This document shows positions 31,548-40,537 of a stretch of 64,000 nucleotides of DNA, piece after piece (within the stretch, counting starts at the first letter, position 1; each line of letters begins with the position of its first letter). A program made the position numbers and the translations under genes. This DNA is from Armatimonadota bacterium (GTDB lineage Bacteria > Armatimonadota > HRBIN16). Location: assembly GCA_963677485.1 (NCBI GenBank), contig OY781964.1:2528001-2592000 (forward strand). Reading direction: 5' to 3'. The notes under the pieces are model-generated. The model was not told the DNA's origin. It did no database searches and saw nothing but the letters and a program-made list of their open reading frames with translations.

Positions 31548-32957
31548 ATGGCTGATACCAGACCCAACATTATTCTGATTTTGCTTGATGACCTTGGATG
31601 GCGTGATCTGGCTTGTACTGGCAGTGACTTCTACGAAACCCCCAATATCGACCGTCTGGCTAAGAGCGGGATGACCTTCAACTCGGCGTATGCCTCCTGC
31701 CCCGTCTGTTCGCCCTCGCGGGCCAGCATCATGACTGGAAAGTATCCGGTGAATGTGGGCATCACAGACTGGATAGACTACGGTTCCTACATGCACCCAT
31801 TGAAGGGTCGACTGATTGACGCTCCCTACCTAAAAGACCTGTCACTGAGTGAAACCTCGCTGGCTACGGCTATGAAAGAAGGCGGCTATCACACCTGGCA
31901 TGTGGGCAAGTGGCACCTGGGCGGCAAGGGATTCTACCCACAGGATCACGGCTTTGAGGTGAACATCGGCGGCAGCGAAGCCGGTGCACCCTCCTACGAA
32001 TATGGCTACTTCTCACCATGGAACCTGCCTAACCTGCCGGAAGGACCTGAAGGCAAGTATCTGACAGATCACCTGGGCGATGAAGCGGTCAGGCTCATTG
32101 AGCAGAACGACGGCACCCCCTTCTTCATGCACCTGAGCCACTACGCGGTTCATCACCCCCTGCAGGCACCCGCTGAGCTGGTGGCGAAATATAAGCAGAA
32201 GGCCATCGACATGGGCCTGGACAAGATGAAAGTGTTGGAAGAGGGAGAGCCCTTCCACACCGAGGACAAGAAGGGGATGCGTATCCTGCGACGGCTGGTA
32301 CAGTCGCACCCGGTGTATGCGGCGATGATCGAATCGATGGATACCAGCGTCGGCCGGGTTGTCGAAGCTTTGGAGCGCACCGGTCAGTTGGACAACACGT
32401 TAATAGTGTTCACCTCTGACAACGGCGGCGTGGCGACCTCGGAGGGATCGCCCACCACCAACCTGCCCCTGATCGAGGGGAAGGGCTGGATGTATGAGGG
32501 GGGAACCCGTGTGGCCTTCCTGGCTTCCTGGCCCAGCGTGATCGCCGCAGGCTCGCAGTGCGATCTGCCGATCACCAGCCCGGACCTCTACCCCACCTTC
32601 CTTGAGGCGGCTGGTCTGCCGCTCAGGCCTGAGCAGCACTCCGACGGTGTCAGCCTGTTGCCCGCTCTGCATGGCGAGACCGAGTTATCCCGGGACGCGC
32701 TGTTCTGGCACTATCCGCACTATGGCAACCAGGGCGGCACCCCCGGATGCAGCATCCGCAAGGGCGATTATAAGCTGATCCACTTCTTTGAAGATGACCG
32801 GTTGGAACTCTACAACCTGGTAGATGACGTGAGTGAGCAGCATAACCTGGCCGATGAGCTGCCCGTTGTGGCCACCGAGCTCCACCGCGAGCTGTGGAAC
32901 TGGATCGAGAGCGTGAATGCCCAAATCCCGCAGCCCAACCCCGACTGGAAGGGGTAG
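31548..32957 (+). CDS. Sulfatase (arylsulfatase-like)
   Basis: RPNIILILLDDLG, CSPSRAS, GKWHLG, TSDNGG. Confidence 0.95.
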   Translation: MADTRPNIILILLDDLGWRDLACTGSDFYETPNIDRLAKSGMTFNSAYASCPVCSPSRASIMTGKYPVNVGITDWIDYGSYMHPLKGRLIDAPYLKDLSLSETSLATAMKEGGYHTWHVGKWHLGGKGFYPQDHGFEVNIGGSEAGAPSYEYGYFSPWNLPNLPEGPEGKYLTDHLGDEAVRLIEQNDGTPFFMHLSHYAVHHPLQAPAELVAKYKQKAIDMGLDKMKVLEEGEPFHTEDKKGMRILRRLVQSHPVYAAMIESMDTSVGRVVEALERTGQLDNTLIVFTSDNGGVATSEGSPTTNLPLIEGKGWMYEGGTRVAFLASWPSVIAAGSQCDLPITSPDLYPTFLEAAGLPLRPEQHSDGVSLLPALHGETELSRDALFWHYPHYGNQGGTPGCSIRKGDYKLIHFFEDDRLELYNLVDDVSEQHNLADELPVVATELHRELWNWIESVNAQIPQPNPDWKG

Positions 32958-32968
32958 AGCAGCGTGTT

Positions 32969-33368
32969 CGTCTGAACCACGGATGACACGGATGGGACCC
33001 AACGCAAAGGCGCAAGGGTGCAAGGACGCAAAGGGGTTTGTCTGAACCACGAATTACGCGGATTTACAGGATGACACGGATGGGGAGGTGTCATCGCAAA
33101 GGGAAGTCCCTGGGAACGCCAATCGCCTGATTGGCCTCCCTTCCCATTCGTGTACATTCGTGTCTATTAGTGGTTAATAAATCCGGAATTGTAACCACGA
33201 ATGAACACAAATAAACACGAATATCGGCCTCCTTCTCCATCCTTACCATCCGTGAAATCCGTGGTTCAGATAAAATATAGCGTCAATAAAATCCCCCTGC
33301 ACCTTTGCCACCTTGCGTCTTTGCGTTGGATTCCATCCCACCCATCCCCCTCATCTGTGGTTCAGATG
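32969..33368. repeat. Nested inverted composite repeat cluster
   Basis: tctgaaccac... at 32971 and 33041 opposed by ...gtggttcaga near 33269 and 33366; inner attcgtg/cacgaat inverted pair. Confidence 0.85.
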
Positions 33369-33531
33369 GCTTCACCAAGAATTTACTGATATCCACTCGG
33401 TACAGTGCTTCAATCCCCAACTATATAAAGTATAATAATACATCAAACATCTCTATATTTCGTATCATACTACACATACACATTGCGTGAGGAACGCAAC
33501 GATCTGACGGAACTGAGCCGGAGGTCAAGCT

Positions 33532-35166
33532 ATGTATCGTATTACTTCAATGGGTGCGGTCATACATATCATACTACTGGCCCTACTGACGGCAACCCTG
33601 CCACAAGCGGTTGCTGCGGATGTGCCTGCCCCTACCATCACATCATTCACGCCCAATAGTGCTTATGTGGGTGAGTATGGCGATGTCGTCACTATTACCG
33701 GCGTGCATTTCACCGGCACCACACGGGTTGCATTTAACTACAATGCGCTTGTAGCTACTTTTACGGTAGATAATGACACGACCATCAGGACGATCGTGCC
33801 CGAAGGAGTCATGACGGATGTGATCTGCGTGACGACTCCAGGCGGCACCGCATTAAGCCCAGGTAATTTTACTGTGATGCCCATACCTGGTCCGACCATC
33901 GCCTCCTTCTCGCCGGACAGGGCATATGTGGGTGAATACGGGCAGACGGTGACCATCAAAGGCACCAATTTCAATGGAGCCGGACGGAATTTCACAGGCA
34001 CCACCAGAGTGGCGTTTAACTATAACGCACTACCTGCTGAGTTCAAGGTCATCGATGACACCACCATCGAAGCCATCGTTCCTGAGGGTGTGATGACGGA
34101 GGTGATCTGTGTGGTCACCGCAGGCGGCACCGCCCTCAGTCCATATGGCTTTACTGTGATGCCCATCCCACAACCCACCATTACCTCCTTCTCACCGGAC
34201 ACAGCCTATGTGGGTGAGCATGGGCAGACAGTGACCATCAAAGGTACCTATTTCAATGGGGCCGGACGCAATTTCACAGGCACCACCAGGGTGGCGTTCA
34301 ACTACAATGCATTACCCGCTGAGTTCACTGTCATCGATGACACGACGATCAAGGCCATCGTTCCCGAAGGTGTGATGACGGATGTGATCTGTGTGGTCAC
34401 CTCAGGCGGCACCGCCCTCAGCCCATATGCCTTCAAAGTGGTGCCCATACCCCCTCCGAGCATATCCTCCTTTACGCCAGACAACGCGCAAGAGGGGGTC
34501 TTTGGACAGAAAATAACCATCCGCGGCACAGGGTTCAAAGGAGCCGGACATAACTTCACAGGCACCACGCAAGTGGCGTTCAACCATGGTGCCTTGATCG
34601 CGAGCTTCACAGTGATTGATGCCTCCACCATCGAAGCGGTGGTGCCGGAGGGTGTCGTGACCGACTACATCAGCGTGGTCACCTCAGGCGGCACCGCCAC
34701 AAGCAATACGCCTTTCATCGTCTGGCAGCCGGTCACGTTGAATGTGGCGGTATATCCCGGTGCTGAGTATCTGGGCAGCATCAATGGTATGGGGCTATCT
34801 TATAGGCTGGTGGGTACGAAAGCATACGCAGGTTCACTCGATCTGAATGGTAATGGCGTCATGACGATCACCGGTTTGCGGCCCGGCAGTTACAAGCTGA
34901 GCATTTACGGCAGCCACTGGCTGGTCAGCACCACAATGCATGAATATGCCATACCCGAAACTGGTTTGATACAACTGTCACTTGCGAACGGTGATGCAGA
35001 TGGCGACAACCGCGTGAACCTGTTTGACTTCGTGGTGCTAGACACCAAATTCGGAACATCCAATTCCATGGCTGATCTTGACGGCGACGGTACGGTCAAT
35101 CTATTTGACTACGTGATCATCGACAGATACTTTGGTGCCCAGGGAGACACGTTTCTCCACCAGTGA
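33532..35166 (+). CDS. Secreted protein with four IPT/TIG repeats and a C-terminal dockerin-like (EF-hand) domain
   Basis: PTITSF.P...VTI.G..F repeated four times; GSHWL, GDADGDNRVNLFDF, DLDGDGTVNLFDY. Confidence 0.88.
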   Translation: MYRITSMGAVIHIILLALLTATLPQAVAADVPAPTITSFTPNSAYVGEYGDVVTITGVHFTGTTRVAFNYNALVATFTVDNDTTIRTIVPEGVMTDVICVTTPGGTALSPGNFTVMPIPGPTIASFSPDRAYVGEYGQTVTIKGTNFNGAGRNFTGTTRVAFNYNALPAEFKVIDDTTIEAIVPEGVMTEVICVVTAGGTALSPYGFTVMPIPQPTITSFSPDTAYVGEHGQTVTIKGTYFNGAGRNFTGTTRVAFNYNALPAEFTVIDDTTIKAIVPEGVMTDVICVVTSGGTALSPYAFKVVPIPPPSISSFTPDNAQEGVFGQKITIRGTGFKGAGHNFTGTTQVAFNHGALIASFTVIDASTIEAVVPEGVVTDYISVVTSGGTATSNTPFIVWQPVTLNVAVYPGAEYLGSINGMGLSYRLVGTKAYAGSLDLNGNGVMTITGLRPGSYKLSIYGSHWLVSTTMHEYAIPETGLIQLSLANGDADGDNRVNLFDFVVLDTKFGTSNSMADLDGDGTVNLFDYVIIDRYFGAQGDTFLHQ

Positions 35167-35344
35167 CCAAGATCAACCCCAAAGATGGTGTGAGTGCCGG
35201 TTGGTGAGTTCACAATGGCGTATGTGCCCCGTGTGTGTTGATTGAACTAGCAAAACCGATGCGCTAACCGCAACCATGAATTTGTGCGCTGGATTGGTCG
35301 GATGCGTCCGATCCGACCGATCTAGCCTCATGTACCCGAAAACT

Positions 35345-36490
35345 TCACCCGCTGCCGTTGAGCCAGCGTTTGATGGCCGCGATGACGCCGGGGGTGCGTG
35401 CGCTGAACTGGTGGCCTTCCGGTTCCCACCAGCCGTAGACGCACATCATCACCGCCCCCTCGCGCGTCAGGCTGTCCAGGTGCGCATTCGCACCCTTCTC
35501 GGTGCGGCTGTTGTTGCCAAACTCCATCTCCACCGCACCCCAGTCAGGCTGGCGCATCTTGCGGAAATCATCGCCGATCACCTTGATGTCACAAACCCCA
35601 TCCATCACGGTCACACCCGGACGGCAGCTGGGGTTCACGGCAGTCGACAGAGGCAGCACACAGCCGTTGTCTGCCAGCACCTTCGGGATGTTCGGGGTGG
35701 TGATCGCGCCGGTCAAGTGCGTGTATATCCGCTGCTTCGGCAAACCAGCCCTCAAGCAGAGGCTTGCCCAAAACTCGCTGAAATCATGCACCACATCGGT
35801 CAGTATCTCACGGCGAACCTGCTTCGGTGTGATGCCTTTCTTCATGGCCAGCTTTTCGATCTTCGCGGCATTGTAGCCGCGCGTTGTGAGTGCGGCGAAT
35901 CCGGTTTCGATGAGGTCTTCGGCTCCGAATTTCACTTTTCCATCTTGAGGCCAGCTCGCAGGGTCATCCAGACCACACACGGTGGCGTCGTAGAAGCCGG
36001 TTTCCCAGCCAGTCACCACGCCTGCGAACAGATACTCTCGACCCTCTTTACGCCACCGCTTGAGTCGATCGACGATGGGGGGCAGTATCCACTTTGTGAG
36101 CCGCATTTTGATGTCTGCACGCACTTTTGGGCTCTCGAAGTTCCGAGGGGCCTCGACCCGGAACCATGTGCCCCAGTTGATCCATCGGCTTTTGGCGATG
36201 GGGCCTGTCTTGCTGCCAGTCGATGGCCAGTCGCTCCACTCCACCTCGGAGGGGTCGGCACTGGGTGCCGGGTAGTTCCAGTCGTCCATATGGATGAGCA
36301 CTGGGTAGCCGGTTTTTTCCGCTTTGTCCAACACGGAGATCACCTGTGTGCGGAGCTGCTCAGGTGGCGTGTTCAAGGTGTAAAGCACGGTTCCGAAGCC
36401 TATCTGCCGCGGCTTTTTAGGATCTGCCGCAGGAAAACACTGGCTGAAGCTCTCAGTATCGCCCAGGATGATGAAGTATTTAGTGTCCAC
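35345..36490 (-). CDS. Hypothetical protein, possibly a TIM-barrel glycosidase
   Basis: 381 aa, GTG after AAGGGGG; GWET, YTH and AVEM motifs only suggestive. Confidence 0.6.
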   Translation of the reverse strand: MDTKYFIILGDTESFSQCFPAADPKKPRQIGFGTVLYTLNTPPEQLRTQVISVLDKAEKTGYPVLIHMDDWNYPAPSADPSEVEWSDWPSTGSKTGPIAKSRWINWGTWFRVEAPRNFESPKVRADIKMRLTKWILPPIVDRLKRWRKEGREYLFAGVVTGWETGFYDATVCGLDDPASWPQDGKVKFGAEDLIETGFAALTTRGYNAAKIEKLAMKKGITPKQVRREILTDVVHDFSEFWASLCLRAGLPKQRIYTHLTGAITTPNIPKVLADNGCVLPLSTAVNPSCRPGVTVMDGVCDIKVIGDDFRKMRQPDWGAVEMEFGNNSRTEKGANAHLDSLTREGAVMMCVYGWWEPEGHQFSARTPGVIAAIKRWLNGSG

Positions 36491-36612
36491 GATGCCCCCT
36501 TAACCGCCGTTCAGCGGATCGTATAGAGATAGTATAGATGAAAAACATTCGAGAGTACCACATCCTACTCGTCCTACTCATCTGATCTGTCATCACCCGG
36601 TGCATATACCCG

Positions 36613-37941
36613 CTAACCGCCCACCTTCGGCAGCCAAACGGTGACTGTGGTGCCTTTGCCCTGCTCGCTCTCGATCGCGAGCTTGCCGCCATGCGCCTCG
36701 ACCATCCGGCGGGCGAGGCTGAGGCCCAGACCGATGTGGTTGTCGCCAGGTGATCTCGCGGCATTCACACGGTAGAATGAGTCCAATATGCGTGGAAGGT
36801 GTTCCGCTGGAATGCCCACACCGTTGTCAGAAATGGTCACGCACACGGGGTCGCCATCGGTGATGACCGCTCGCACCGTGGCCCCCTGACCCGCATAGCT
36901 GATCGCATTGCCCACGATGTTGTCCAGCACCTGGGTGATGCGGTCCGCATCCACCATCGCCTTCACTTGCACAGAGGAATCCACAGGCTGCAGCGTGATG
37001 CCTGCCTGTTGGGCGTCCGCTTCATAAGAGTTGAAAACCGCGGCCACGAGAACCTGCAGATCGGCTTCGGATTTGCTCACGGGCAGTTGGTCCAGATCAA
37101 GCTCTACCAGAGCCATCACCTCCTGAACCAGCCTCAGCATCCGCTCGGATGTTCGTACCAGCACCGACACCGCCCGATCCCTGCGCTCAGGCTCTTGGGC
37201 CAGACCATCCTGCAGAGCACCGGCCATGGTGCGCATGGTGGTCACCGGACTGCGCAGCTCGTGCGCCACATCCGCCAGGAACTGCCGTTGACGCCTGGCG
37301 TCCTCTTCCAGACCGCTGATGTGCTGCGACACCTCTTGCGCCATATCGTTCATGGCTGCTGCCACTACCGAAAACTCGCTTGTGCCCATGGCGGGCAACC
37401 GATAATTGTAGTTTTTAGACCGGAAGCTGCGGGCCCCATCGGCAAGCTGCATCAACGGACGGGTCAGCCGACGCCCCAGCCAGACAGCAGCCAGTATCGC
37501 CAGGCTGACCGCGATCACTAGCCGAAGCAGCACCCAGCGGATATCCTGAGGTGTGAACAGCCCGGGCGGGCGATCCCCACCACCGCCACCACCTCTGCGC
37601 GGGCGGTCACCGGGGGCATCGGCACCGGGCTCGATGATGGGAGGAACACGGTCTGGCGCACCCATCCCCTGATGTCTGCCTTGAGCTTGGTTATTATCAG
37701 TGGCGAGTCTGGGGGAGTGGGGCGGACGGCCCATGATGAAATCCCAAAATCCAAACGTCGGCTCCGGCATAGGCTGAGGGTATGCCGCCGGATAGGCCAG
37801 CATCTGCTGCCGCATCGACTTCATGCCCAGGTAGTTGATGTAGTTGGCCAGGCCTGTGCTTAGCACCCAGCTTAGCAGGATGGTGACTAATACCGCCATC
37901 GCGACCTGAAATCGCACACTATCCTTCGGGACGGTAAGCAT
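36613..37941 (-). CDS. HAMP-domain sensor histidine kinase
   Basis: Two TM helices, ADVAHELRSP, DNGVGI, GLGLSLARRMVEAHGG. Confidence 0.95.
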   Translation of the reverse strand: MLTVPKDSVRFQVAMAVLVTILLSWVLSTGLANYINYLGMKSMRQQMLAYPAAYPQPMPEPTFGFWDFIMGRPPHSPRLATDNNQAQGRHQGMGAPDRVPPIIEPGADAPGDRPRRGGGGGGDRPPGLFTPQDIRWVLLRLVIAVSLAILAAVWLGRRLTRPLMQLADGARSFRSKNYNYRLPAMGTSEFSVVAAAMNDMAQEVSQHISGLEEDARRQRQFLADVAHELRSPVTTMRTMAGALQDGLAQEPERRDRAVSVLVRTSERMLRLVQEVMALVELDLDQLPVSKSEADLQVLVAAVFNSYEADAQQAGITLQPVDSSVQVKAMVDADRITQVLDNIVGNAISYAGQGATVRAVITDGDPVCVTISDNGVGIPAEHLPRILDSFYRVNAARSPGDNHIGLGLSLARRMVEAHGGKLAIESEQGKGTTVTVWLPKVGG

Positions 37942-38632
37942 ACCCCACCCCCCTGATAGCCACTATCGGCAGGTCACTGCATCCCGCGGCCGAAAGCCGC
38001 TCTCTCATGCGGTAGATCAGGTTATCTACCAGCCGCAACTCACCGAAAAACTCACCACCCCATACCACCTCAACCAACTGCTCGCGGGTGAACACGATAT
38101 GAGGCTGTTTCATCAATGCCACCAGCAGCTCAAACTGCATGGCGGTCAGTTCGATGTTGGTGTCACCAACAGCCACGCGGTGTTCGTCCACAAATACCGC
38201 AAGGTTCTTCCATCTATAGCTCGGGCTGGCGACAGTGCCTTTGGACATGCGCCGGATCAGTGCCTTCACCCTGGCCACCAGTTCCAGCGCGTGAAACGGC
38301 TTCGTGACGTAGTCATCAGCACCCAGCTGGAAGGCACGCACCTTGTCGATCTCCAGGTTCTTGGCAGAAAGCATCATCACCATCACATCGGATTCTGCGG
38401 TGATGGTCTCACATACCTTCAAGCCATCGATCCCGGGCATCATGATGTCCAGGATCACCAGGTCGGGCTTGTTCTCCCGAAAGCGGGCGAGGGCGCTCTC
38501 ACCATCATTGGCCACCACTACCTCGAAGTTTTCGGCTTCCAGATACCAGCGCAGGCCTTCTATCAGGTCTGCATCATCGTCCACTATCAAAATCTGGTTT
38601 GGCACCGTGGTCACCACTCTTCCTAAGCGCAT
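37919..38632 (-). CDS. OmpR-family response regulator
   Basis: ILIVDDD, LDIMMPG, DDYVTKPF, IRGVGY; true start probably a GTG at 38605-38614. Confidence 0.95.
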   Translation of the reverse strand: MRLGRVVTTVPNQILIVDDDADLIEGLRWYLEAENFEVVVANDGESALARFRENKPDLVILDIMMPGIDGLKVCETITAESDVMVMMLSAKNLEIDKVRAFQLGADDYVTKPFHALELVARVKALIRRMSKGTVASPSYRWKNLAVFVDEHRVAVGDTNIELTAMQFELLVALMKQPHIVFTREQLVEVVWGGEFFGELRLVDNLIYRMRERLSAAGCSDLPIVAIRGVGYAYRPEG

Positions 38633-38715
38633 CGAACAAGCTCATTGTAGCATTGTGCTGATATGAAGGCAATCCATATATCGTTGCAATAAGGCTGACC
38701 ACAGAAGGCGGATCA

Positions 38716-38760
38716 AACTGCGATGGAACCGCGATTTTACATTATGAACTCTGCCATAAT
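38716..38760 (+). promoter_or_regulatory. Putative OmpR-type tandem site and extended -10 for the Met-rich gene
   Basis: AACTGCGAT (38716) and AACCGCGAT (38727) 11 bp apart; TG-C-CATAAT at 38752-38760. Confidence 0.55.
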
Positions 38761-38836
38761 AGCAGTGTCTATCTATATAGAGAGTTCTACAATGAATGAC
38801 TCTGAGAACGCACCCTAACGAACAGGAGCAACCGAA

Positions 38837-39844
38837 ATGAAGAGCCTGAAACTGATATCCGCCGCAGGATTGGCCGTGATACTGTGTAGCAGCATCGCCG
38901 CGGTGGGCAATGCACAGCAGCCCCCCGGCGGGAGTGGCCCGATGCCGGGGATGGGTCCGCAGATGGGCCCGATGAACATGCCTCAGATGATGCCAGGAAT
39001 CACCAAGGTGGGCGTGAAGGGTGTGTTCACACTCACGGGGAGCACGCTCAGCAAGTTGAGCCTGATCACACTGAAAAAGATTACCAGCGTGGAGCTGGTG
39101 CAGATACCCCCCACAACCCAGCCCTCCGGAGTCGGTGGAATGAGCGGGATGAGCGGGATGAGCGGGATGTCGATGATGATGGCCATGCAGCCGTCCAGAT
39201 CGGTGATGGTCCTCACCTCAGATAAAACCCTGGTCGTGCTCGGTGACCAGTTCTTTAGTGTCGATGCTGCCACGATGAAAATCGTGGGTAAAGCCACACT
39301 GCCTATGCCCGCACCCTCGATGCCCGGTATGCAAAACATGCCGATGATGCCTGGAATGATGGGTCCAGGCAGTTCTATGCCCGGAAACCCCAATCAGCAG
39401 ATGCCAGGTATGATGCCTGGTATGCAGGGCGACCCCAACCAGCCGATGCCTGGCATGATGCCCGGTATGCAGGGCGACCCCAATCAGCAGATGCCCGGCA
39501 TGATGTCCGGTATGCCTGGTGACCCCAACCAGCCGATGCCAGGCATGATGCCCGGTGGCGGACCACAGCAGCCAATGCCCGGCATGATGCCCGGTGGTGG
39601 ACCACAGCAGCCAATGTCCGGCATGATGCCCGGTGGTGGGCCACAGCAGCAAATTCCAATGATGATGAGTATGATGATGATGCGTCAGGGAATGCAGATG
39701 CCGTCGTCGCAAACGACCATCGAGGTTCAAGGCACCACAGCGTATGTCATCACCGGCTCTACGGTGGTCGCGGTGAATATCAACAACGGCAAGATCACAG
39801 GCACCAACCTGCCGGCAGCCCTAAAACCACCGGTTAGGAAGTAA
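38837..39844 (+). CDS. Secreted Met/Pro/Gly-rich repeat protein
   Basis: Signal peptide; MPGMMPGMQGDPNQ and MPGMMPGGGPQQ repeats. Confidence 0.85.
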   Translation: MKSLKLISAAGLAVILCSSIAAVGNAQQPPGGSGPMPGMGPQMGPMNMPQMMPGITKVGVKGVFTLTGSTLSKLSLITLKKITSVELVQIPPTTQPSGVGGMSGMSGMSGMSMMMAMQPSRSVMVLTSDKTLVVLGDQFFSVDAATMKIVGKATLPMPAPSMPGMQNMPMMPGMMGPGSSMPGNPNQQMPGMMPGMQGDPNQPMPGMMPGMQGDPNQQMPGMMSGMPGDPNQPMPGMMPGGGPQQPMPGMMPGGGPQQPMSGMMPGGGPQQQIPMMMSMMMMRQGMQMPSSQTTIEVQGTTAYVITGSTVVAVNINNGKITGTNLPAALKPPVRK

Positions 39845-39861
39845 CCTGTTCGGTGCCTTTC

Positions 39862-39892
39862 GGGCGAACGGAGCGATCCGTTCGCCCATTTT
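39862..39892 (+). terminator. Intrinsic terminator
   Basis: gggcgaacgga-gcga-tccgttcgccc-atttt. Confidence 0.75.
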
Positions 39893-39943
39893 ACTACTCA
39901 GCCATAGGGTAAGAAATCGCCCGTGTTGGCACGGCATCTGAAG

Positions 39944-40041
39944 AGGTGCGACCCCCGTTCGGGGGTAAACACTACGACTTTTGACCAGGGGTATCGCTGC
40001 GCTCACCCCTGGCTATAAGAATCTTACCCACTTCGTGGGTG
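39944..40041. repeat. REP-like multi-hairpin repeat (inverted copy at about 52305-52402)
   Basis: ccaggggtatcgctgcgctcacccctggctataagaatc.tacccacttcgtgggtg shared between the copies. Confidence 0.8.
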
Positions 40042-40079
40042 TCCGGAGGGATGGCTGTCCGCCTTTATTGCAGCCGATC

Positions 40080-40482
40080 GTTGCCTATGTCCGGGGCGGT
40101 CTGTGCGCAGGCTAATGGCTGCAGAAGGCTCAAGACCGCGCCGGTCTGGCGGTTAGCCATGAAAGATATGTGTCAGGAAAAACCCGGCCGGTCTATAGAC
40201 AGTCTATTACCCACAAATCCAGTTGGGATCGTATCGACCATGTGCCGCGACATAAATGTCTCGGCTACTGATCAACAAGCCCGCTAAACCGGGCTGCGGA
40301 GCTCCTTGCCGACAAAGATAACGTTAATGAAGACTGCTTCAGCAGTCTTGGTGTTCAATAACCGAGACATTTATGTCGCGGAATCGGTGACCTACTGGCC
40401 ATGCGGTATTTGTGGGTAATAGACTGGTCTATAGGCAGTGGCCTCCGCAGGCGTGCTGACAGACTGCCCCGGACATAGCCAA
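40080..40482. repeat. REPIN-like fold-back element carrying a nested palindromic insertion (40199-40426)
   Basis: Outer arms as at 60806-60972 and 63502-63668; insert has perfect 19-bp and 20-bp inverted repeats. Confidence 0.8.
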
Positions 40483-40537
40483 CCAAGTCAGTTCAAGAAG
40501 AAGGAACCTTGATGGCGCACGGCGTAATGTAAGAAAA

